From NCBI GenBank assembly GCA_031411295.1, contig JANOAV010000123.1:1-64000 (forward strand): a DNA stretch of 64,000 nucleotides, written 5' to 3'. Below are positions 9,375-19,408 of this stretch, piece by piece. The stretch comes from Verrucomicrobiales bacterium. GTDB taxonomy: Bacteria; Verrucomicrobiota; Verrucomicrobiia; Verrucomicrobiales; V1-33. Position 1 is the stretch's first letter. Each line of letters begins with the position of its first letter. The position numbers and the translations under genes were made by a program. The notes below the pieces were generated by a model. It was not told the origin of the DNA and did not search any database. It was given only the letters and a program-made list of their open reading frames with translations.

Positions 9375-11795
9375 CTACCCTTTGGTCGCCTGCGGTCGCC
9401 ATTTCATCCAGGCCCAAGGCAGGAGGAATGCGGCGGTGAATAACGTGGCGAGCACGCCAATCATGGCGCATTGGCCGAAGGTGATGAGGCCGCGGTTGCC
9501 GCTCATCGCCAGAGCCCCAAAGCCTAATCCGGTGCTGAGACCACAGTAAGCCAGGGCGCGTCCGATGCCATTGGCGCTGGCTTCGGCCGTGGTGTTGAGG
9601 CGACGCAGCGAGTAGATCATGTGGATGTTGAAATCCAGCCCCAGACCAAGGCTGAGGGGCACGGCTCCGATGTTTACAAAGTTCCATTCGATGCCGAAGG
9701 CGCTCATGAAGGCCAGGAGGATCATCCCGCTGAAGGCCACCGAAGCCAGAACGAGCAAGATTTCCCTAACGTTTCGGAAGACGAACACGAGCAGCACCAG
9801 CAGAATGGAAACGGCAGGAATGCAGACGCGACGGATTTCCACGTTGAGCAGTGGCTTGAGGCTTTCTTTCAAGTATGCCCAACCGCCCGGATAGATGCCC
9901 GGCAGGGTTTCCAAATGTTTTACCAACGGAGCTTCAGCGGGCTTGCCCCCGGGGTTCATGCGGAGGAATCCGCTGGCGTTCATATTCCCTGATTTTAGGT
10001 GGAGTATTTTACCGAGCGATCCATCCAATAACGCCTGATCCGGCCATTGCGGCAGGGTGGGGGATTGCTTGGCCCAAGCTTCCCAGTTGGTGAAGATTTG
10101 CTTTGCCAGAGCGGTGCCTTCCTCTGTGAAGCCAACTTCATCGGCGGTCTGCAGCACCTGGTCCTTCAGCGCGGACAGTTTCGCCAGCGCGGGGAAATTT
10201 TGGGTTTGATAGGCTTGATTGGGGGCCAGCGATTCGGGCAGGTAGAAGGACGCGATTTCACCCGCCAGCTGGGCGCGCTCCAGTTCCGTTCTGGCGGCGG
10301 TTAATCTACTTTGCAGTTCCGCTTCGGTGGTGCCATGGGCAAGGAGCGGAAGCCACTCGCCCAGGAGTTCGGGCGGTTGCATTTTATCCTGGAGTCGCAT
10401 CATGCCATCCATGGCGGCACAATGGGTGGGATGGAGCACGTTCGCTTCGCGATACACGCCGGGCATTCCCTTCCAAGCGAAGACCGAGAGGCAGAAAAGG
10501 AAGAGTGCGCTAGCGCTGAGCGCTGGAAGGTGCGCCCGCCAGCCGGTAGGTCGAGGGGCTTGAGTAAGATCGCGTGGTTTGTCGTGACTGCCTTTGCTAA
10601 ATTTCATGGCCAGCGGCAGGAAGCCGTAGAGCATGACTCCAGCGCCCACGAGAATGCCGACTCCAGTAAGAATGCCCAACTGCGCAATCCCCGGCATGAC
10701 ACTGAAGGCCAGGCTTCCGAAGACCAAGGCCGAGGTCAAGGCAGACCAGAAGATGCCCGGAAAAACGCGGCGGTGGGTTTCCCAGAAGGTGGATTTGGGA
10801 CGCTCCAGCCAGTCGTGCAGCCCAATGACCCCGAAGTCTTCGATCATACCCATGAGGATGGCGGCAAAGCCCATGCTCATGACATTCAACGAGCCATACA
10901 ACAAGCCCGCAATTCCGAGGGTCAGCAGCATGGCCGATAACAGGCTGAGCATCAACAGCAGCAAAGGCTTCAGCGTCCGATGCAGCAGCCAGAAGAGAAA
11001 TCCCACAATGATGGTGATGCCGCCGATCGATTGATTCATGTCCGTCTCCATGCCCATGCTGATTTCCGCCCGGAAGGCTGGAGATCCGGTAAAGGCGAGC
11101 TTGGCCTCGGCAAACTCCGGGTGCGCCTTTTGCCACGGTTCGGTTATTTCTTGTCGCACGCGTTGCAGCCAGTTGTTGGTGTCGCGATACGTTTCCGGTG
11201 TGCTCACCGGGTCCACATACAGCACGCGGAAGAAGCCGTCCGCACTGGAAAATTCATTGGTGGCTCCGCCGCGCATCAAGGCTGGATCCACCCCTGACTT
11301 GGCAGCGTCCATGAGGGCCAGCGGATCATAAGCCCCCAAGCCTAACGTCTCGGCATCGATCGAGGAGGCCAGTTCCGCCAACCGTTTCTCCAAGGCGGGC
11401 CGTAGTTGCGCTGGTTCCAATCCAGCCGCCATGGCGTTGAATTTCTCCGGCGGAGCATTTAACCAGGCGTAAGCTCCTAACGCGCCAATTTGATTTGGGT
11501 CGGATTCCCAAGAGGGCTTACTGAGCACCCGACGCACCACCTCAGATTTGGCCTGCAAGGCCGCTTCCAGTGATTCCGTGGCCGCTGCCGCCACGTCGGC
11601 GTTGGGTGCATCAATGGTTAGCACGAGTTGATGTGCCTTCTCGTAAGTGTCCTTCAAGATGCGCGTGCCTTCCACGCCTCCCATGGTATTGGGGAGCAAA
11701 TCAAGAATCTCCACGTTGTAACTCAAACGGGAAACCCCAACGATCCCCAAGACAACAGTGGCAGCCAGCAAAACGATATGGAACAAACGAAACAT
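9375..11795 (-). CDS. MMPL/RND-family lipid exporter
   Basis: 806 aa with two repeats of TM, large extracytoplasmic loop and 5 TM; 'MGMIEDFG' and 'LGLGLDFNIH' TM motifs. Confidence 0.88.
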   Translation of the reverse strand: MFRLFHIVLLAATVVLGIVGVSRLSYNVEILDLLPNTMGGVEGTRILKDTYEKAHQLVLTIDAPNADVAAAATESLEAALQAKSEVVRRVLSKPSWESDPNQIGALGAYAWLNAPPEKFNAMAAGLEPAQLRPALEKRLAELASSIDAETLGLGAYDPLALMDAAKSGVDPALMRGGATNEFSSADGFFRVLYVDPVSTPETYRDTNNWLQRVRQEITEPWQKAHPEFAEAKLAFTGSPAFRAEISMGMETDMNQSIGGITIIVGFLFWLLHRTLKPLLLLMLSLLSAMLLTLGIAGLLYGSLNVMSMGFAAILMGMIEDFGVIGLHDWLERPKSTFWETHRRVFPGIFWSALTSALVFGSLAFSVMPGIAQLGILTGVGILVGAGVMLYGFLPLAMKFSKGSHDKPRDLTQAPRPTGWRAHLPALSASALFLFCLSVFAWKGMPGVYREANVLHPTHCAAMDGMMRLQDKMQPPELLGEWLPLLAHGTTEAELQSRLTAARTELERAQLAGEIASFYLPESLAPNQAYQTQNFPALAKLSALKDQVLQTADEVGFTEEGTALAKQIFTNWEAWAKQSPTLPQWPDQALLDGSLGKILHLKSGNMNASGFLRMNPGGKPAEAPLVKHLETLPGIYPGGWAYLKESLKPLLNVEIRRVCIPAVSILLVLLVFVFRNVREILLVLASVAFSGMILLAFMSAFGIEWNFVNIGAVPLSLGLGLDFNIHMIYSLRRLNTTAEASANGIGRALAYCGLSTGLGFGALAMSGNRGLITFGQCAMIGVLATLFTAAFLLPWAWMKWRPQATKG

Positions 11796-12357
11796 GTGCC
11801 ACTACCACAGCAGACAAGCGGCAGTCCAGCAACCCAGAAAAGCGTCACCAATTTGCAGTTTCCATAGCTTCCGGCCGGGAGACGGATCAACGAAGGAATT
11901 CGGGGGAGGCGGATTAGGTGATAAAAATAGATCCAACCTCCAATCGACCATCGAGCTTGCACGCAGCACGCTTTTTTGAACTCGATATTTATTAGCGCAC
12001 TTCAGAGGAAATGATAACAAATTGGAGGGGTGACCGCAGGATGCCATCGGAGTAAAAGTAGTCAGGATTGGCCGGGCCTATCATGAAGGCTCCACCATGG
12101 AGGGGCGGGCTCTGCATGCTCCGGAATAGGGGGAAGAGAGGGGGCTGTCTCGAACTACTTCGCAGCGGTTATTTGCACTGAGTTTCGCCATTATAATGAA
12201 GCTTCAAGGATACTTTGCCGTCGTCCAACACGAGGACTTCCCCCTCCCAAGTCATTTGCCATTTCCGGGACGTTGTGAGGTGAATGACTTGCCAGTGAAA
12301 GGGTAATATCAAGGCGATTGTGTTTGTTAGAGTCCCGTCTCTGAATTGAATTGGCGA

Positions 12358-15300
12358 TTATTTCTGAATGACCTTGACGCGCATGTAGCGTTTGGGACGG
12401 GCTGGGGCCTGCGCGAGTGCATCGATGACAGTGGATTCGAACAAGAGGTCTGGAGCAGGTGAGACCTGCGTGCTGTTGATGCTGAGCGCTCCGATGTTCG
12501 TAACGCCTCCGTCCTCGAAGGCGGCCATGGTAGTCCAATTCACCAAATCTGTGGAAATCTGCACCTCGTAGCGGATATCTGGATTCGAGGAACCACGTCG
12601 ATTGAAAATCGCCCGCAGCCGCTTGGTGGCTGGATCGTAGCTTACGGGTTGATAGGTGGGATTGCGAACAGTCGGGTTCAGGCCAAATGCTAGTTCCGCA
12701 AAATTCACGATCCCATCGTTGTCAGGATCACCCAATGGAGTGCCCACGGCCAGCCCTTTGGTCCGTGCCCAGGCAGTGTAAGTGGACTCGATGTTCGCAG
12801 TGAATAATCGAGAAGTAGTCGTGCCTCCTGCGTTGGTGGCATTGAGCGTGAACGTTACCACACGGGGCGTCTTGGGGATGGCTGCGATCATTTTCTCTGG
12901 TTGAAAGAACGCCACGTCTGTGGGCAACGTTCCTGTGACGGACCATGTGGCGTTAGGATCATCCGATGTCAGAGAGAAAAAATAGGTAGCGCCGACGGTC
13001 CAGTCGACCGTCAACGCGTTGGTGATTGTGGGACCAGGCGTGATCCAACTAACTCGATCCACCCACACCATGTTCGATCCGCCATTACCACTCCCGTCGC
13101 GCACATAGTTCCAGCGCAATGTGTGCGGGCCCGCAGTTAGGTTGTAGGTCTGCTGTGCCCACGTCGCTTCCCCGCTGATGCTTGACTGCACCACCCCATC
13201 TAGGCTGAAGAAACCAGGATCGTCCGTAGCCTCGGTGCTGCATTTCCACCAGAAACTAAACGTGCCCGGTCCGTTCACCGTGGTTTGCATGAAGGAGCTT
13301 AGGCTGTGGCGAATCGGTCCAGAGTGCGCGACGTCCACTCCGTCATTGGTGTTCGTATTATCGCCAAACCAGGGATTCTCCGAGTCTGTTACCCACACGA
13401 GTCCTTCGGCATCCAATCCAGCTGGCAGGGAGATGGTAGGATAAATATAGATGGTGGGGTAAGTCGTGCTGGGCCCGGCGGAATTGGTGGCCGTGATTTC
13501 TGGTTCATAAGTCCCCACGGTGTTGGGCACGCCGGACAAGTCCCCCGTGGTGGAGTTCAGCGTGACTCCTGGCGGCAAGGTGCCACCTGTGAGCGCCCAA
13601 GTCGTCGGAAGACGAATCCCCTCCAGCGGAATCTGCCGCAGAAAGCCCTGACCAACTCGCCCGCCAGCGTAAAAGTTTCCACCTGGAAACACGGGATTTT
13701 GCACGTAGCTAACTTGGTCGATAAATCCCGCGTTTTGCCCAGCAGTAGTGCCGGCATCGGTGCGGTAGATCCAGGAAACTGGATAAGTGCCTGAACCTGT
13801 GATAAGCACTGTTTTTTGCTCCCAGGCCGTCTCTCCACTGATGTTGAATAACTCGGTGGCACTTTGTTTGAAAATCAATCGATCGCTGGAATGTGAACTG
13901 GTGCGCCAATAGAATGTCAACTTGCCTGGTCCCTTGAGATTGGTGCTTAAAATGGATTCGGAATTACTGCCGATGGATCCGCTGCGGGCGGCATCGCTGC
14001 TGTCATTTGTTAACGTGCGTTGTCCCTGCCAAAGGCTGGCCGCAGGGTTGGAAGGAGGAGAAGTGGTGGTCCACACGATGGGGAAAGCCTCTAATGATTC
14101 ATCTAGACTAGCAGGTCCCGATACGATAAGGAGGAACTGCTTCGAGGAGCCTCCTACGGCATTGGCTGCCGCGAGCGTGAAGATATACATTCCCTGAGTG
14201 GTGGGCGTTCCCGTCAAGCTTCCTCCACTTAGCAACAGTCCGGGAGGCACCGTTCCAGCAACGAGATAGTAGGTCGTGGGATTATTCGTGGCCAGCAGAG
14301 GGAAGGTATAGGAAATGCCCACGCTGGCATTCGGCGCCAGGGCACTGGCTGTGATGACTGGGCCTCCCGTCCCTGAGATGTTGCCGTTGATGACACTGCC
14401 ATTGATCGCATAATTACCCAGATTTCCATACCTCGTCCACCCCGTGTTGCTGGCATCGCCTTGCTCGCTCCCTCGGATAATCAGATAGTAACTCCCTGCG
14501 GCAGTTACCGTGATCGGCCCGATTTTCGCATTGCGATCTGAAAATGGCGAGCTTGAGGCTAGCACTGTGCCGGACGAGTTACGCAACTCCGCAAACAGGT
14601 CCAACTCGGTGTCATCCCCAGTTGCTGTTATTGTTAGGTTGATCGCACCAGTGGTAGCGGCAATGGGAATGCGGAAGAAATCGGAATCAGTGCCCACATG
14701 AATTTTCCCAGAGTCGCTGACCATACCACGCGTGTCGATGGAGAGCAATGTCGCAGTCCCCACGGTGTCACCCTGGTCATCAGCCACCAGCCCAGTTCCC
14801 GCACCACCGGAAACTCCAGCCCCGATGATGGCGAGATCATCCTGGAGCGCACGAGATCCATCTGGTAATGTTCCCCAGCCCAGGTTGATAGCCCACTGGT
14901 ATTCCCCCTTGCTCCATTGCACTACTCCATTCCTAAAATTAGTGCCCATGATAGGTGCCCACCAATCCAAATCATCTACCCCGGTCCCATGGCCAGGGTA
15001 ACCGAGGACAAGCCATCCGGAAGAATGCTCGTGGCCATCGTGCAGTAAACCAAACGAGTGGCCTAATTCGTGAGCTGCCGCTTGCGTGAAGGTTTTGACC
15101 TGAGCATTCACGGTCAATTCCCGCTCAAATATCAACGTTTCACTGAAGACCCAGCACACGACGTCAGAAGGAAAGACGATTGCGGCCATGGTTGGTCCGT
15201 AGCCGGAAGGATAGGGCGCAACCCCCAAGCGTCTTGGCAGGTTGACGTCGAACCCATCTTTGACGTTCACCCGGTTCCGTTCCGACCAAAATCCACCGGC

Positions 15301-16329
15301 ATTGGGAAATCCGCCTACGGCCGCAAAACCGCCCTTCTCAATGGGATCCCATGAGGTTTTTCCCAAGATGAGGCGCATTCTTCTCCCCACTGCGGCACTG
15401 GTGTAGGATGCGCGCACCGTCGTCACATTAACATCAAACGCTGTGAAATCCTCTGCGACCTGGCTCCAACAGGCAATCATGTGATTTGTATCAAGACCTG
15501 GACCTTCGTAAGTGATGGGGCGGCCGCAATTATAGAATGTTTGCGTGAGAGTGCCTCCCTCGAAATCCAAATACAGCACGGCTGCGGCTCCCGGTTTACT
15601 GGAGCAACTTGGCACGGTGCCGCTCGCTCCGGTGGAGAGCGGCACGACTCCGCCGCCGTTGGGAGTGGGGGCTACAGCAGCAGTGGAGCCAGCCATCCCA
15701 ATCGGCGGCAGGCCACTTTTGCCTGTGCAGACAATTTCAGATGCCAACCGTTCAGAAACCGTTAGTTCGCCATTTCCTGAGCGTTCATACACCCATGCTT
15801 CACGACGGTTCCGTAGCATCACCACGCCGGACAGAATATCCATTTTCGTATCCTCGGCCAAATAGAGCGATCCTTGCCCATCACCGATCTCTCCGCCGAT
15901 CGACCACATGGTGTCCCGTTGTTCGTCCTGAAGGCTGGCGTGCACCGTCACTTCCACCACACCATGATCCGGCAGCGGTAAACTCAGTTTATCCCCAGCC
16001 GCCACCTTGCGCAGTGAAACCACACTGGGTTCTGCGATGGTGTAGAACGGCCGATTTCGCTCCGCATCCCAATGCGGCTGAAACGCTGCGCCCTCTAGTT
16101 TAATCAACGCGGCGGCATCAGGTGCCGCCTGCTTGATCGGTTGCTTGGCCGCTTGAATTGACTGGGACAACGTGCGGGGCACCGTTGCTTGCGCTGATTC
16201 AATTGATGGGGCCTCCACTTTCGCAACGCCTGCGGGCTCAGTCTCACGGTGATTCAAACACAGAAAGATGCCTAGGCCAACGAGCGTTGCGGACAGAATC
16301 GGGAGGAGTTTTCGAAATGAAGGCTTCAT
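12358..16329 (-). CDS. Secreted metzincin zinc metalloprotease with putative-Ig repeats and verrucomicrobial-type C-terminal tail
   Basis: HELGHSFGLLH (HExxHxxGxxH) followed by WAPIMG Met-turn; N-terminal signal/anchor; Ig repeats 'LPPGVTLNSTTGDLSGVP'; 'YTAW...DPDNDGIVNFAELAFGLNP' tail. Confidence 0.9.
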   Translation of the reverse strand: MKPSFRKLLPILSATLVGLGIFLCLNHRETEPAGVAKVEAPSIESAQATVPRTLSQSIQAAKQPIKQAAPDAAALIKLEGAAFQPHWDAERNRPFYTIAEPSVVSLRKVAAGDKLSLPLPDHGVVEVTVHASLQDEQRDTMWSIGGEIGDGQGSLYLAEDTKMDILSGVVMLRNRREAWVYERSGNGELTVSERLASEIVCTGKSGLPPIGMAGSTAAVAPTPNGGGVVPLSTGASGTVPSCSSKPGAAAVLYLDFEGGTLTQTFYNCGRPITYEGPGLDTNHMIACWSQVAEDFTAFDVNVTTVRASYTSAAVGRRMRLILGKTSWDPIEKGGFAAVGGFPNAGGFWSERNRVNVKDGFDVNLPRRLGVAPYPSGYGPTMAAIVFPSDVVCWVFSETLIFERELTVNAQVKTFTQAAAHELGHSFGLLHDGHEHSSGWLVLGYPGHGTGVDDLDWWAPIMGTNFRNGVVQWSKGEYQWAINLGWGTLPDGSRALQDDLAIIGAGVSGGAGTGLVADDQGDTVGTATLLSIDTRGMVSDSGKIHVGTDSDFFRIPIAATTGAINLTITATGDDTELDLFAELRNSSGTVLASSSPFSDRNAKIGPITVTAAGSYYLIIRGSEQGDASNTGWTRYGNLGNYAINGSVINGNISGTGGPVITASALAPNASVGISYTFPLLATNNPTTYYLVAGTVPPGLLLSGGSLTGTPTTQGMYIFTLAAANAVGGSSKQFLLIVSGPASLDESLEAFPIVWTTTSPPSNPAASLWQGQRTLTNDSSDAARSGSIGSNSESILSTNLKGPGKLTFYWRTSSHSSDRLIFKQSATELFNISGETAWEQKTVLITGSGTYPVSWIYRTDAGTTAGQNAGFIDQVSYVQNPVFPGGNFYAGGRVGQGFLRQIPLEGIRLPTTWALTGGTLPPGVTLNSTTGDLSGVPNTVGTYEPEITATNSAGPSTTYPTIYIYPTISLPAGLDAEGLVWVTDSENPWFGDNTNTNDGVDVAHSGPIRHSLSSFMQTTVNGPGTFSFWWKCSTEATDDPGFFSLDGVVQSSISGEATWAQQTYNLTAGPHTLRWNYVRDGSGNGGSNMVWVDRVSWITPGPTITNALTVDWTVGATYFFSLTSDDPNATWSVTGTLPTDVAFFQPEKMIAAIPKTPRVVTFTLNATNAGGTTTSRLFTANIESTYTAWARTKGLAVGTPLGDPDNDGIVNFAELAFGLNPTVRNPTYQPVSYDPATKRLRAIFNRRGSSNPDIRYEVQISTDLVNWTTMAAFEDGGVTNIGALSINSTQVSPAPDLLFESTVIDALAQAPARPKRYMRVKVIQK

Positions 16330-16554
16330 GGAATTTGGGCGGGCGATTTAGGTGATAATAAAATGGTTCCACCCTCCAATCGACAATCGCGCCAGCACGT
16401 GACAACAATTGTTCATTTTTAGACGCCTCCCTCTAGTTCCTTCTAGCACCACAGTTCCGCGACGACCATAAACCCCTCCAGCGACAATCATGACCACATC
16501 GAGCCAACAACTGAGCACAAAACAGGTCAACGCGTGACAGGATTTCTAGAATTA

Positions 16555-19293
16555 TTAGTTCGGCGGCACGGCCTGTCCTGTGAGCCGACGGTGGAATGCC
16601 TCTGCGGCTGCCGATTGCGGCTTGCCGGGGATCGGGGGCAGCAGGGCTGCGTAGATGGCGGAGCCGGTCTGGAAGAAGACGGCGGCGTGGGCTGGCCAAC
16701 GAGCAACGGCGGCTTCCAGCAGGATGGCGCTGCGCTCAGCGTAGAATAGGCTATGCTCGGAGTCCGCTGGCATTTGCTGGGCACAGGTGGCGATTTTTCG
16801 CAAGGCGGCATCGGCATCGGTGGCTGAATCACGGCCCACGGCGGCGGCAGCACAGTGGCAGGCGCTGGAAAGCACATCGCGCTGGAGTTCGGGATCGTCA
16901 GGATGCGCAGCTGCTACTGGCTCGCGCAGGGCGAGGGCCTGTTGCGCGTGGCGGCCGGAGCGGGCCGGATCTCCCTTTAGAAAAATGGCGGATAGCCGGT
17001 TGTGGATAAAAGCAGGCAGGAGGTGGATGAAGTTAGCCGCATCTGCTGCTGCAGCGGCTGTGCTGGCCCGCGTGATCCACGTTTCATAATATTCCTGTGC
17101 AGCAGCGGTGTCTGGTAGTGCGTTGGCAGCGCGCTGGAGACTTTGACAAAAGGTCCACCAGCTTTTCCTTCCGGTAGCGGAATCGCTGACAAGGCGCACG
17201 AATTCAGCCTCCAACTGGGTGGCCCCGTCTTCCGGTGCGATGGCAAGCTGCGCATCTACTTCCTTCAGGCGGCGGCGCAGTGGTGCGGCTTCTGCGTTGT
17301 GGCCCAATTCCTCGTGGCACTCGGCAAGCAGGCGAAGGCTCCATGCGAGGTGAGTGAGAACTCCTTTGTGCCCCGGAAGTTTAGCGCAATCAGGTTCGGC
17401 TATGCGCACGGCCTCCTTGAGAAAAGGGATGGCCTCCGTTGGACGGCGCAACTTTTGCAGAGCCACTCCCATGCGGAAGGCGGCGTGGGAATACATGGTG
17501 CTCTCGCGGCCCCAGCTCCTGACTGCGTAGTCGTGCCAGGCAGTAAAGTATTTCAGCATTGCAACGAAATCTCCCCGCGCCTCCGCGTTCGAGCCCAAGG
17601 CGGTGTCCAGTTGGGCTAGCTCGGCCGCGTATGCCTGCACTCCTGGAGCCTGCGCCACGAGTTCCTGGAGCAGTGATTCGGCACGCAGGAACTCCTGTTG
17701 GGCTTCCTCCAGTTGCCCGAGGTGCCCATGGGAGGCTGCTAGCGCGATGCTGGCTTGCACTGCGGCGTAACGTGACTCCACGTCCGGCTGGCGCTGCATG
17801 AGCGAACCGGCCTCAGTCACGAGGCGCTGCGCATCCTCCATCGCAACAACGTAATCCATGGAGATCCTTCTGTGTGACGCACGCTCGCGCAGGGCATCGA
17901 ACACCCGCCGTGCGTAAACTATGTTTTCCGGTGCGGCCCGCAGCGCCTGTTCACAGAGGTGCAGTGCTTCCGTGTGGAGCTGCTCTGCCGTGTTCTTTTT
18001 TCCGCGCACGCCGATCACTTGAGCTTTGGTTACGAGCACCTCTGCCAGCTTCAGGGCCGACTCTGGAGAGTGGCCTGCGGATTCATAATCGCGGCGAAAA
18101 TGCTCGACCGCCTTTTCCATGACTGATTCCATCGCACCCAGATTGCCGGTCGGCTCCAACCGCTCCCGCAGATCGGTCAGCAGGAACTGGAAGAGTCCTG
18201 CCATGCGCTGCTCCGCCGACTCCGCTTGGGTTCGACGGTCCTCGGACTCCTGTCGGGCGCGCCTGGCCATCAGCGCGCTCCCGCCCGTGACCAGTGCCAC
18301 TACCGCCAGCGCAGCCACCATCCAGGCGCGACGCAGCATTTTCCGCCGCACGGCCTGATCCCGTAGCGCCTGCTGGCGACGACGGTCTGCGGCATGAAGA
18401 AATGCCTCGCCAAATTCCCCCGCGTCCACATAGCGCCTGGGTGGATCCGTCTGCAGCGCACGCAACACAACACTATCGAAGGCCGGGTCCACTGCTTCGT
18501 TTCTTACTGAAGGAGGATCGAAATTTCCCCTCGGCAACTCGCCTGTGAGAAGTTCATACGTCAGCACACCCAGACTGTAAACATCGCTCGCTGGCGAGGC
18601 CGAAACGGCTTTCGATAATTGCTCAGGAGCCGCATATTCCAGCGTTCCCAGGGTCGTTCCCGCCCGCGTTAATCGCAGAGCATCTGCCGCTTGTTTTGTT
18701 GTGAGTGCCAGGCCGAAATCCCCCAGCTTAGGCGGACCGTTTTTGGGGAGGAAAATATTTCCCGGCTTCACATCCCGATGCACCACGCCCAGCGCATGAG
18801 CCGCCTGGAGCGCTTCGGCCACGTGACCCACGATGCTGACGGATTCATCGATCGTCAGCCTCTCGCGATGAATTCGCGTCGCCAGATCCTCCCCATCGAT
18901 CAATTCCATCACATAATATAAATTTCCCTCTGCGGTCTCTCCAGCCTCATAAATCTGCACGATGCCGGAGTGGTGTAACTGCGCCATGAGCCGGGCTTCG
19001 TAGCGGAAACGCGTCGCCTGCCCCGGCGTATCCGCCAATTTAGGCGAGAGTAATTTCACGGCCACGCGACGTCGCAGATCTTTCTGCCATCCTTCATACA
19101 CGGCCCCCATGCCGCCTTGGCCAATGATCCGGGAGATCTCCAGCGCAGGCAGCATCATACCCACTTCCTCGGGCGTAAGCACCGTCCACGCGCTCTCCTG
19201 CGGGGCTTGCAGACCGGCAGTGAACAACTCATCCGGCTTGAGACCGTGGACAAGGTCCGGGTTAAGGGGGGTGGGGTTCAGGGGATCATTCAT
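16555..19293 (-). CDS. Hanks-type Ser/Thr protein kinase with TM segment and TPR-like C-terminus
   Basis: IGQGGMGAVY, VAVK, HRDVKPGN, DFG, GTLEYAAPE; TM AWMVAALAVVALVTGGSALMA; Ala/Leu-rich helical repeats after it. Confidence 0.93.
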   Translation of the reverse strand: MNDPLNPTPLNPDLVHGLKPDELFTAGLQAPQESAWTVLTPEEVGMMLPALEISRIIGQGGMGAVYEGWQKDLRRRVAVKLLSPKLADTPGQATRFRYEARLMAQLHHSGIVQIYEAGETAEGNLYYVMELIDGEDLATRIHRERLTIDESVSIVGHVAEALQAAHALGVVHRDVKPGNIFLPKNGPPKLGDFGLALTTKQAADALRLTRAGTTLGTLEYAAPEQLSKAVSASPASDVYSLGVLTYELLTGELPRGNFDPPSVRNEAVDPAFDSVVLRALQTDPPRRYVDAGEFGEAFLHAADRRRQQALRDQAVRRKMLRRAWMVAALAVVALVTGGSALMARRARQESEDRRTQAESAEQRMAGLFQFLLTDLRERLEPTGNLGAMESVMEKAVEHFRRDYESAGHSPESALKLAEVLVTKAQVIGVRGKKNTAEQLHTEALHLCEQALRAAPENIVYARRVFDALRERASHRRISMDYVVAMEDAQRLVTEAGSLMQRQPDVESRYAAVQASIALAASHGHLGQLEEAQQEFLRAESLLQELVAQAPGVQAYAAELAQLDTALGSNAEARGDFVAMLKYFTAWHDYAVRSWGRESTMYSHAAFRMGVALQKLRRPTEAIPFLKEAVRIAEPDCAKLPGHKGVLTHLAWSLRLLAECHEELGHNAEAAPLRRRLKEVDAQLAIAPEDGATQLEAEFVRLVSDSATGRKSWWTFCQSLQRAANALPDTAAAQEYYETWITRASTAAAAADAANFIHLLPAFIHNRLSAIFLKGDPARSGRHAQQALALREPVAAAHPDDPELQRDVLSSACHCAAAAVGRDSATDADAALRKIATCAQQMPADSEHSLFYAERSAILLEAAVARWPAHAAVFFQTGSAIYAALLPPIPGKPQSAAAEAFHRRLTGQAVPPN

Positions 19294-19408
19294 GAGGCAG
19301 GTAACATATTAATTAATCGCTCTACAGCCATAATTGTGACTTGGAAAATTGGCAAATCCCGCAATTGTCCACGACAAATCAAACGCCCCCCCAACCAAAA
19401 CGTCCTGC

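Noticed and set aside
11800..12350. Long intergenic region with short ORFs; possible ncRNA
   Set aside because: No recognisable protein motif, riboswitch or stable repeat seen.
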